A stretch of DNA of 63,858 nucleotides, the filler included, from Pelomyxa schiedti (lineage: Eukaryota; Protista; Evosea), in assembly GCA_020536535.1 (NCBI GenBank). It is 3 parts of 3 records of this genome, joined end to end, with 100 filler letters (N's around TTAATTAATTAA, not from the genome) between each part and the next. Parts side by side here need not be neighbours in the genome. Positions count along the whole stretch, not along the records: positions 1 to 31,489 come from JAHLWZ010000344.1; 2 more parts are not named here. One strand, given 5' to 3'. The notes under the pieces were generated by a model. The model was not told where the DNA came from. It worked only from the letters and a program-made list of their open reading frames with translations, and searched no databases. The position numbers were made by a program, and so were the translations under genes. Positions 1 through 10,920 of this stretch are shown in pieces. Positions within the stretch are counted from its first letter, which is position 1. Each line of letters opens with the position of its first letter.

Positions 1-1361
1 TTTCAAGCGGTTGCGAGGACGCAACGAGCTAAGCCGGAGGGAGATTGTGAAGAGGTTTTAGCAGAAGGCTGTTGACTCATAATTCCGTACCACCAAGGAT
101 ACAGCCTAAACCCACCACAACTTTAATGAAGAATAACCGAGCCTAATAAAAAGAGAAAACAACAACACCAACCTACATAAGTTGTTTGGCGCAGCCATAA
201 AGGCCGCCAACGTTAATTGTCGGCACAGCTCTGGAACAAAAAATAGGAGTTGGGTTCTGCAGAGAAAAAAAAAAAGGTGCCATCAGGCCCCAACTTTTCC
301 CAAGGGAACCAGATCCATTGACTAAGGCCCATTTCAGAGCCGGAGTGTAAATTGGCGGTTGGGGTAGTTTAAGTATGACACCGAATGTTGATGGCAAAAG
401 CAAAACTTTTGACCCTAATTTTTGCCCGGTTATCGGTATTGTGGGACGACCTTTTGGTGGTTTCGATTTAGAGGGTCTCTACCAGTATCACAATGAAGAG
501 AATGGTAATCACAAAGAAAAGAAAAGGTCCCCAGGCCATTGCACATCTCTGCCAACTGTACAGAACAGGTTAGAATTCATGTTTTGGGAGGGCAGGTATC
601 TGAATACCTTACAAATTTTGAGTGCCATGCAAGGTACCATACAAGTGACACTGGGCCCCAGTTGGAGCGGCCCTCGAATTGTATCAGGTTAAGGGCCCGG
701 GATACGTGGTGATGGCAATTATTGCTGTGGTAGTACGATGAGAGAGGCTTGTGAATAGACGGGAGGAGCACACGTGATAAGGTTATGCTGCAGTGAAGGG
801 GAAAATGAGTATTCCTAACCAATTGGGTGTGCACTTACCATGGTATGCGAGTATTCTTCAGAAGCCGTGACTATAGCATTGTCCCAGGTCGCGACAGGGT
901 CCGAAAGATGTCCCAATGGGTAGATACAATTTATATTTGACACGGCATATCTTTGGAAGTATGTTAAACCAGGAGCGAAAGTAAAGGAAAACTTCTACTT
1001 CAGTACGGGGCCAAATCCAGTTCTCGTGTGGCTCCTCTAAAACAATAGTTAATTTACTTTTAACTTTGGCTAATAGGGAGAAAAGTGTATTTTTTGAGCA
1101 ATCACGTTAATATAAAGACCCAGAAAGTCGTTTATTTCCCCAGCAGAAGTCACAATGCCAGTGTGCCCAATAAATGGAATCAACCACCTTCCATTACATT
1201 ACATTTAAAACTTACCTCCCGCACTCGAGGATTTTTTTTAAAAAAAAAAAGCCCAAATTACGTTAAACAAGGAATTGAAGACCAGACAATGCAAAGTGGT
1301 AGTGGTCTCTTTTGGGATCAACTTCTCTCTCATCACCCATTTGTACAAAAATTTCTTATTT

Positions 1362-1450
1362 GGCTGAATAAAAAAAATACCAGACCGCCGATCCTGAGCG
1401 ATGATAACGAAAAGGACAGCGTTCCGGTCCGTTGATTATTTTATTCAGCC
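1362..1450. mobile_element. 89-bp MITE, copy 1 of the GGCTGAATAAAA-TIR family
   Basis: Perfect 12-bp TIR GGCTGAATAAAA...TTTTATTCAGCC. Flanked by ATTT at 1358-1361 and 1451-1454 (4-bp TSD). Its reverse complement matches 42727-42815 with about 5 mismatches. Confidence 0.9.
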
Positions 1451-1513
1451 ATTTGTTGTGTTGGCATTTTGTTTTTGATCAGTTACGGTAATTGTTTTGG
1501 TGGAAGAGGCTTT

Positions 1514-3781
1514 TCATAATTCCAGTTTGATTCTAACTCCGGCTGTTGGGTCCTGGTGTTGTTGGGATTTAGTAGTGCTATTAGGTGACTATTGATAGAT
1601 TGGTTTATTGGGTGGTGGGTTGTTACATCACAGGAAGCAGAGAACCCCAGGGAACAATCAAAGCTGGGCACAGTAATTACTTCCCACTCTTGAGAACTAG
1701 CACAATGAAGTAAGTTATAGGCAGAGTTGTGCACTTGTGTATGAGTGGGCAAATCAAAGTAATGCAATGCAAAGAAGAAAGGTGTTGTGTGTGAGAAGCT
1801 TACAAGTCGTCGGGGTACTGTGAATGTAGTGTCTGGCAGATTTTGCTGCCGTGAATTGGGTCCAGTATCACCGTCAACTCTTCATCGGGCCCTATTTCAT
1901 TGAGAATCTAGTGGGAGTGGTGAGTCGACGTCGTCAAGAAGAATGACAAGTACATTGATGATAGCATCAGCAATTAGATTCTGATAAACAGACATCTCGT
2001 ATGTTGCAAATGAAGTGAGCCACAGGTTTAAAGCTTTTGAAGGTGCATCCGTGCGCAATTCGTTTATCCATGACTGATATACCGTATGTTGGGAAACCTT
2101 CGTTCCAGAAAACTTTCGTTGCCCAAAACTTTCGTTGTCAAAAACTTTTGTTGCCGAAAATGATTCGTGGCCAAAATGATCGTACCCTTCGAAGGCCGAT
2201 NNNNNNNNNNNNNNNNNNNNNNNNNNNNNNNNNNNNNNNNNNNNNNNNNNNNNNNNNNNNNNNNNNNNNNNNNNNNNNNNNNNNNNNNNNNNNNNNNNNN
2301 CCGCCGCGAAAATGCCTGTGCCAAAACTTTCGTCCCTGGTGCTGAGACGCCAAAGATTTCAGCAACGAAAGTTTTCGGCGACGAAAGTTTTTCAGAACGA
2401 AGGTTTCTCAACATACGGTATGCAGTTAGACTTTGAATGTAAAAATACACGAAATACCAAGGTGAGATCAACCGGAATACCCTCTGCAGACCTCATTTCT
2501 TCCAAAATTGATGTCAGCAACCTCTGAAGTTTGAGAATGAGGGGAAACAAACAAACGAATGGGTCAAATTTGTACATCATCACACTTTCAGAAGTTTATG
2601 CCATTGGTCAGCTGATGCTTCCAGTGCATTTGGGTCCCCTCCTTTCTTCATTGATTTTTGTTGGGGGCAAGTCAGGTGCATACCCTTAATTTGATATAGT
2701 AATATCTTCTTTATCAGATCAATTTCGTCAGCTCCACAATCATCACAGTCACCTTTTGTCAACGTTGCCCAGTAGTAGGCAACGGAACCGGGTGAACTCA
2801 AAAGGTACAGTATATCAGCTTTCTGTTACATTGTTATGATAGTTTAGGAAGTAAAACAAATGAAGGCAAGTGCAATTGTGGGAGACGACACAACAGGCAA
2901 GTGTCAATTTATAACTTTATCACTCCAAGCAGAGACAGGGCTGGCAGGTCCGCTGTTGCAAGGAATCACATAAATTAAATAGAAGAGTGCCTGTAGCAAA
3001 CCTCAAGTAGATCTGAAGAAGCTTGGTGAATCCAAGTAAAAATAAGTTGTCTAAGCCATGCAAATGCGAAGTTCCACCAAGTTCCCCAACTTTGAGGTTG
3101 GTGGAATCTTTTTCGTTTGCCTGGGCAATCAATTCTTGAGCGGCTGCCAGTTCTAATGCAGGGTCCCTCAATACATCCCTTGAAGCAACGTGAGGACCTC
3201 CTTGAGCTGCTGTTACCATCAGCCTATGTGCCCGCTGTGTAGCCCTGTCCCCGTCACTCCGTTCACTGTTTACTGAATAAAGTAAGAGATGTGAAATGTG
3301 CAAGCTAGATACATAATAAGAACCACAAGAATTAATTAAATTACACTATTACTCCGTTATTCTACTATATATATACAACAGAGTGGCAAAAAAGGGTGTT
3401 GGGACTTGTGGTTTTTTCTGTCCTAACCCAATTTCTATCAATTGTTGGCATCTTACCCAAAATGGTAACTCGCCCTTGCTTCATCACGGCCGTCGGGGTT
3501 CTCGACAGGCCGTTGACGTGTTTCAGCAGCGTTTTCACGTCGCCCACGTCGTATCGCCTTTGCAGAACCGGCAAAACCTGTCTCCAATTCACAACAACTT
3601 CCCCGGGTCGTGGGGTCTGAGAGCCAGTCCCATAATCGGCGCCGCCCTGGCCCAGCGTAGTGGCGGCGCCTTGCGGTTGTCGTGGCGCAGTCGCCATGGC
3701 CTGCACGAAGGATATCAACAACAACGGCAACAACCACAGCAACCACCACAAAGGCCCCTGACGTGCACAACTACAAGACAT
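1514..3781 (-). CDS. Multi-exon hypothetical secretory/ER-luminal protein
   Basis: ATG at 3781 is followed by a signal-peptide-like WWLLWLLPLLLISFVQA. Exon-like ORFs at 3365-3781, 2920-3303, 2580-2801, 2458-2530 and ~1627-2073 are separated by GT-AG introns. Removing the 38-nt intron 1589-1626 gives the C-terminus ...GVRIKLEL* (TGA at 1514). Internal exon borders are approximate. Confidence 0.6.
2082..2418. mobile_element. TIR DNA transposon/MITE with TA target duplication (Tc1/mariner-like ends), interrupted by an N gap
   Basis: ~57-bp imperfect TIRs: CCGTATGTTGGGAAACCTTCGTTCC... versus ...AGAACGAAGGTTTCTCAACATACGG. TA at 2080-2081 and 2419-2420. Subterminal ~15-bp repeats AAAACTTTCGTTGCC. 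True length is unknown because of the gap at 2201-2300. Confidence 0.85.
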
Positions 3782-4008
3782 ATTTTTCGGCTGGCTTTTC
3801 GGCTTGTTTCCATCACAACCAGAAAGCACACGTGTGGGTGAAGTGCTTTGGTTGTTCCAGGGTGGAATGAGGATGGAGGGTGTCGGAATTTCTCAGGAGA
3901 AAAGGTTGAGAACCAAGTTGCTCCAGACACGGGGTTTTGCCCGTAACTGGCAGTCGAGGGTTGTTTCGACTAAAATTTTGAATTAAAAAACCGTTGAAGC
4001 CACACACA

Positions 4009-5272
4009 ATGGCAGCCACGACACCTAGTGCGGAGTTTAACGCAACAGCTGAGGCTGAGGTTCTCCGACACGCACTTGCCGTAAAGGGTGTGTTTGGTTA
4101 CAGCTTTATGGGATATTTTCTTTTTCTCCCCACAGTAGACAGCGCAGTCTGTGTGTCATTTCGCCAAAGTTCACTTTAAAAACAAAAAGGAAGCAATGAT
4201 CCCGCATTTGTGAGAGTACTTGCGTCGCGGAGTCGCAAGCAAATACGCGAGATCTGCGCTGCTTACAAGGAACTAACACATCGCGATCTTGCTGTAGATA
4301 TTGCCGGCGACGCCACAGGACACTGCAAGGACGTCCTTATTGGCTTAGGTTCTTTCCCCCTAATTTTCACCCCGATGGCAAGCTATTTGCACTTTTTTTT
4401 TTTTTTGCTTTTGAATGACTTATTTACAGTAACACCTATTGAGGAGTACATGGCACAGTGCGTTCGTGAAGCAATTGATCGGCCGGGAACTAATGATAGA
4501 GAACTCATTGACATTATCACGCAAGGCTACCCGGAGGAAATTAAACTTATGAAGGAAGTACGAGGCCTCACACAACAATTTCTAAATCTACACTCTTAAT
4601 TTCAAGTAAGGCATACAACAGACTATATCACACTTCACTCGAACAGGACGTTGCTACAGATACGAGCCACCACTTCCGTCAGGCGTTGATTCACACTCTT
4701 AATGTAAGTTCGCGTTTAGTAACTACCATTATTCTGTTCTTATGTCCTTTGGAAACAGGGCACGAGGATGCCGCCCGATCACGTTGACCACTCAAAAATC
4801 GAAACAGACTCAGAGGCTCTTTTCAAAGCCGGGGAGGGACGCTTTGGTACAGATGAAGATGTGTTCATTGACATAATGTCCCGTAGCTCAGCTGCGCACC
4901 TTCAAGCTGTCTCTGCACACTACCATAAACACCACAAGAACCATACCCTCGAGCATGCCATTTCCAGCGAAACAAGTGGCAGCTTCAAGCACACCCTGCT
5001 TGGGTTGTGTACCCCCCGACCTCTCTATGTGGCAGAGCGACTGCATGATGCGATTGCCGGAATAGGTATTAATCCATGCACTTACCATTCTAACCGCGGG
5101 TCCAGGAACAAACGATTCTGTGCTCATTAGAATGTTCTGCCTCAACGAAAAGCCGATACTCCATGCCGCCGCTGGTGAGTACATGCGCTTATACGGTGAG
5201 ACCCTTGTTGAAGCAATTAACGGGGATACCTCTGGTGACTACAGAGAGTTGTTGGTTATGTTATTAAGGTAG
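4009..5272 (+). CDS. Annexin (4 repeats)
   Basis: Spliced translation shows annexin motifs AIDRPGTNDRELIDII, GEGRFGTDEDVFIDIM, SETSGSFKHTL, AIAGIGTND and DTSGDYRELL. ATG at 4009, TAG at 5270-5272. Confidence 0.95.
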
Positions 5273-5619
5273 AGACTGCAAAAAAAGAATTTCCCCTTGT
5301 TTGGTGGACCAATACTAAATCTAGTGACTCGTTCTAATCGAACGAATCGTCGCCACAATTGAGTTGCTGTGTAACAAAGGAGAGAGGCACAAAAAGGCAG
5401 AGAAGCGTGGGGCGGCCAAATACGAGAATTCTATGGTCATCTTATACGACGACCGCGGCAGTAGAGGATGGTGTCCCAGTACCGACGGCAACGAATGAGA
5501 AGGGAACCCAAGCGAGTGGTGCTGTGGCTGCGACACCGGCTGCTTGGCACGCCGTGCGTCAGTGGCCCCTGGTTGTCTCACCAAAGAGGAGATGGGAGTC
5601 TGATAGTTGAGCTAGAGCG

Positions 5620-6670
5620 CGCTTGAGGCCCGCAACAGCGAGCTTCGACGCGAGTATGCAGCTCTTGTGGCTGCCAACGCCAAGGGCAGGGAAAACTCGG
5701 AAGATGTTCCGCGACGTATAAAATATCTCGAGGATGGTTTTAGCTTTGCCAGATCACGTCGTTCAGCACCAAATCTTGTCACTCATTATCCTGATACCAA
5801 TCTTGATGTGAGTGTACCCCACAGACGTTTTTGATTGTTTCGTGGACTCGAATTCGGTGATGTGGCATGGCCTTCTCCCTTTCCCCAGCCAGTGACCTAA
5901 TCACTTTCCATTTTCAGATTTTATTTTTGCACAAGATATGATTACATGCATGTCTGCTCTCTATGATTCTGAAGAACAACGCCGGGATTCTTTTAATGGG
6001 TAAATGTCAGTGCTTTTAGGGCCAGGCATGACGCTGTCACCGCCTTCTAGTTCCGGAACAAATCCAGATGGGAAACTCTGAACTCCAAGATGGCACCAGT
6101 GTTCCGGATACTACTTCAACAAACAAAAAACCAGAAGGGAGAAGGAAAGGCACCACCACAGTGTCTTAACTTGCTGAGTTTCAATCGAATAGGGGATGGA
6201 GGAAGCTTCTTTGAGGTTGCAGCTTACTATATCCAGAATCTTAGGCCCAAACTTGTGTTCGTCCATGTTTGCTACTGGAGGTTGTTAGTTCCTCTCTGTT
6301 TGTCAATGGAGCATGCTTTGGCGAAAATTCCCCTTTTTTTGTTCTAACTCTGTAATTGAGTCAGTAATTGTTATTTGGCAGGCTGTTGTGATGGAGTACA
6401 TTGAGACCAAGGCAATTGAAAACCCAGAGGTAAACACCTTTCACTTTTTTCCCTTTATTCAGAAAAATACATCAAGCAAGCCCAAGCGGCCTTACTGAAA
6501 GCAGTTGGCATGGACACTTGAGGGAGCCCAACATTCCCTGTGGAACCAAGTACCTTGCGATAGATTTTGACTGGGCCACTCCTTCAGGAACTACCCTCTA
6601 CCCTGGGTTTATGATCCACTGTGGTATTGAATGGAGCTGAAGATAGTGATCACCACTGGCTAAGGAGTGT
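5620..6670 (+). pseudogene. Decayed Crinkler-type nuclease-like + protein kinase gene
   Basis: Fragments RIGDGGSFFEVAAYY, LRPKLV, AVVMEYI and then, frameshifted, WHGHLREPNI...LAIDFDWA...LYP. These resemble the HGDLRxPNI/IDFDWAG..YP kinase type. There are in-frame stops near the 5' end and a frameshift near 6505. Confidence 0.55.
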
Positions 6671-7526
6671 TCAACTCCCATTGCTGTGAACCCTCTTCTA
6701 TGCCCCCTTCCCTCCCCATTGTAGAATTTGACCTAATAAATAAATCTAGCCCCATAGGAGGCAGGTGTCTTCCCATAAGGAATCCCATAAGCAGTGCGCT
6801 GTCTTTGCCCTATGGATTATCGGTGGGGCTTCCCACCCATAATAAAGTATGGAAAAGTCAATACGGCGGACAAAAAGCAAGAACGAAGACTCTTTTTCGG
6901 TTGGTTGAAGTGCATAAAGTGACTTTACTTCCTCGAAATCCACTTTTGTTTAATCTAATGCGAAGAGTCCACTGCGTGCCGACGTACATCGAGATGTAAT
7001 GCATTTGCATTCGTCGACTTAGAGATCCGTTTCATCTGCAAAGGATGACACAGACCTCACCAAACCCTCCCGCCTAGCGACACTGAAGCCTGCAAAGGAA
7101 GACGTGTCGTGGGGCACTCCTCAAAAAAACCTTGTGAAGCACGCAACCACAACAGCCAACCATTTTTTTTTTCTTTATTGCTGGGCACACATGGGGTAAA
7201 ATTACTGTTGTAGTTGCTGTAAAGAACTCCAATGTTATGATCTGGGTTGCAAGAAACGAAATATCAGTGCCATACAAGCCGAGCAGTATGTCCACAAGGT
7301 CCTTCGAAAGGACCGAATAATATTTGCAGCATTTTTTACCACACAGTTACATCGTACATCCGCTTACAACTCTGAGTCCACACCCACCACCGTCCCTCTC
7401 GATTTACATGTGAGCACCATCCACGGTGAAACTTTTGATTTTTGAACGGATGGGAAAGTTTTAGCAATGATGATGCGGTTTGGCACCGCTCCGCGTGTGA
7501 CGGGGAGAAAACAGAAAACTTAGAGA

Positions 7527-10500
7527 ATGAGCACGTGTGCGCCTATGATGTCGAAGTTGCCCAGGACCGACCAATTGAGGAAATTGTTCTCACCTAGGAA
7601 TGTCGCGGTTGTTGGGGCCTCCGATAAGCCGGGATCTGTTGGCAACGCGGTGATGCGCAACTTGTTGGGCCAGGCAATTATGGGAGGTCCGACGGAGGCG
7701 TCGAGGCCTAGCAGCAGCAGCGCCAACACCCATAATTCCAGTTCGTCGTTTGGTGGCAAACTGTGGCCTATAAACCCCAACCGAGACCAAGTGTGTGGGA
7801 TCAAGTGCTACGCCAGCGTGGGTGACTTGCCAAGTTGGGCCGAGTGTGATTTGTGCGTGATTGCAATCCCGGCAAAGGGAGTACCGTCTGTGGTGGAGGA
7901 ATGCGGAAAATGCGGAATATCTTCTGCCATAATTCTGTCTGCTGGATTCACTGTCTGTTGGCTTTTTTTTTTTTTTTGCTTGTGAGATTTTATCGACTTA
8001 GTCATGTGAAATTGTCGAGTGTGGATATTTCTTTGGATTCTCACTGGCTGTGGTTTTACAGGAATGTGGAGAGGAGGGGATGGTATTATGCAGGAAGATT
8101 GCTGCCTCTGCAAAGGCCTACCACATGAGGATTATTGGTCCCAATTCCCTTGGAGTGATACAGCCATCTTGCGGCCTTAATGCCAGCTTTGCTGATGCTT
8201 GTCCATGCGGAAGTGACGGTGTAATTGCTTTTGCTTCACAAAGTGGTGCACTGTGCGCTGCTATTCTTGACTGGGCGTGCGAAAAACAACTCGCCTTCAG
8301 CAGTTTTGTGAGCATAGGCGCTCAGCTGGATGTTGATTATGGGGACTTGATAGATTTGTGGGGAAGTCATGAAAGCACTCGTGCTATTTTGATTTACATG
8401 GAAAGCATCACTAATGCTAAGAAATTCCTAAGTGCAGCAAGAGCTTTTGCAAGAACAAAACCAATCATCGTTCTCAAGGCAGGAAAAAGTGCCGAGGTAG
8501 TGTACTCGTTTTACTACTGAAAGCTGACTCTTAAAGGGGGCAGTGGCAGCCAAGTCACACACGGGAAGCATCGCAGGTAATGATGCTGTTTATGATGCGG
8601 CCTTCAAACGCGTGGGAATCCTGCGTGTAAATTCCGTAGCTGATCTCTTTGATAGTGCGCACACTCTAACTGCTCAGAAGAGGCCTCAGGGTGACAGGTG
8701 ATATGCACAAAGACTCTACACTCCTTAACCGGTGCACCCAGATTGTGTATTGTGACAAATGCTGGAGGATTGGGTGTCATTTCCACAGATACCTTGGTAG
8801 CACTTAAAGGCAAACTTGCAACCCTTTCTTCATGTGCCTTGTCTGCTCTGAATGATTTCCTTCCTTCTCATTGGAGCCATGCCAATCCAGTTGATGTCCT
8901 TGGCGATGCCTCACCTGAGGTTTGTTGTTTACTATTATTTCTTTCTTTGATTTGTTCAGGTGTATCGTCAAGCTGTCAGTGTGTGTTTAGAAGATGAGAA
9001 TGTAGATGGAATCTTAGTTATCCTGACCCCGCAAGCAATGACCAATCCCTCGGAAGTGGCACGGCAAATTATATCATTGCCTCATAAAAAGATTCTCCTT
9101 GCTTCCTGGGTGGGGGGTCCGGGAGTTGCTGAAGGTGTCAAAATTCTTGAAGAAGTATCAAATCCCCACTTTATTATTGAGTGCTCAATCCATTCTTCCA
9201 GGGGAATATCCCAAATTTCTCTATACCAGAGCGTGCTGTGGCGTGTTTCATGTTAATGGCTAGCTATGCTCGAAATTTAGAAAACATCTATCAAACACCT
9301 GAGGCTACCCCTTTCACACCCCCATCAAATCCACACTTAGTCAGAGAAATCATTTCATCAGCTGTGGCTAAAGGGAAAATCTGCCTGAATGAAGTGGAAT
9401 CCAAAACTGTTCTGTCACACTATGGAATAGCAGGCCCACCCAGACAAATGTGTACAACAGCAGAAAGTGCTGCTAATGCCGCAATGGAGCTTGGATTTCC
9501 TGTTGCTCTCAAGATAGTCTCTGCTAATGTATTGCATAAGACGGAAGTGGGGGGTGTGAAAATAGGCTTGTCTTCTGCTCCTGAAGTACAGCGTGCATTT
9601 ACCGAAGTAATGGAATCTATCAAATCTAAATTACCAGGTAAAACCATTTCTTACCTGCAAGTGCTCACTAAGCAATACAGATGCGGTTGTTGATGGGATA
9701 TTGGTGGAGAGAATGGTGAGAAAAAGGCACGAGCTCCTGATTGGGTGTCACAAAGACACGCTTTTTGGGCCTGCTATAGCATTTGGAGCAGGGGGAGTAA
9801 CAGTAGAAGTATCTTTTCCATATTTCTACCCCACATTAATGTAATTTTACCTGAGGTTGTCAAAGACATCAATATTGCATTACCACCTTTAAATATGGCT
9901 TTAGCAATGCGTCTAATCGAAGAAACCAGGATCTACCAAATTTTGAAAGGTTATAAAATCGAGGTAGATAGACATACTCAACTCCAGTAGGGTGTCGTGG
10001 AATTCCAGCAGTTGATGTAACCGCTTTACAAGCAACCTTAGTACAGGTATGCACAATTCGAACTCTTTCTTTTTCCGACTGAGATTTCTTAGTTTTCCCG
10101 CCTTGTAATGGATTTCCCGGAGATTCAAGATATTGATGTAAATCCTTTTGCAGTAGATGAGACCGGGTTTGTTGCTCTTGATGCAAAGATAATATTGGAC
10201 CGCAATGTTGTCACAGCTGCTCACAAGCCTCCGACTTTCTCCCATCTCGTTATTCATCCATATCCACAAGGCCTGGCGTTTTCTTTCAAGCTCAAAAACG
10301 GCAAGCCTTGCTCAGTTCGTGCAATCAGACCCGAAGATGAAAGAATGGAAGCGGAGATGTTTGATCAAATGTCCCAGCAGACCCAATTGATGAGGTTTCT
10401 CAAGGTCATGTCTCCCACTTCCCATGATGTGCTCGTGCGCTACACACAAGTCGATTATGACAGAGAAATTGCACTCGTGGCACTGGTTGGAGATGAAGTG

Positions 10501-10855
10501 GAACAGGAAAGAATGGCAGGAGTAGCTAGGTTCATGATAATTCCTGGTGAAGAGGACATAGCGGAGTATGTACACAGAACTCTACAAATGCACAGTGTAG
10601 GCAACCAATAACCAACATAAAACAAAACATAGGTTTGCTATTGTAGTGGCGGATCCTTGGCAAAATCAAGGTATTGGGAACCGTCTGTGTGACTCTCTTC
10701 TACATGTTGCTAGTGAAAAGGGTGTCAAAACGATGATTGCTGACGTGCAGAACAACAACAAAGTGATGCTCCATATGCTGAAAAAGAAAGGGTTCCAGTT
10801 ACTAAGGCCTACTAATGGAAACAGAGAGACTACACATGCACAAATAGAGTTATGA
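7527..10855 (+). CDS. ADP-forming acetate/acyl-CoA ligase (ACD alpha+beta) fused to a C-terminal GNAT acetyltransferase (Pat/YfiQ-type architecture)
   Basis: CoA-binding [45 protein letters not shown] (phospho-His), [20 protein letters not shown]-grasp [31 protein letters not shown]; [31 protein letters not shown]. Multiple GT-AG introns. Confidence 0.93.
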
Positions 10856-10920
10856 GTGAATTTAATTTCTGTTGCGAAAATAAAACACTATGCCCATCAA
10901 ATCCCTCTTCCCAACGATTT

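Noticed and set aside
1-1300. Possible minus-strand spliced gene fragments
   Set aside because: I could not build a stop-free exon chain or recognise a domain.
2105-2190. Regular ~15-bp repeats resembling a CRISPR-like array
   Set aside because: No unique spacers; they are subterminal repeats of the TIR element.
5590-7100. In-frame TAA/TAG in coding-like stretches suggesting stop-codon reassignment
   Set aside because: Conserved genes here end normally in TAA (E2), TAG (annexin, Rab1) and TGA (RPS15A, IER3IP1). Pseudogene decay explains the stops.
6667-7330. Minus-strand fragments (HCLWDSL...) possibly from another decayed effector gene
   Set aside because: Similarity is too weak and fragmented to support a call.
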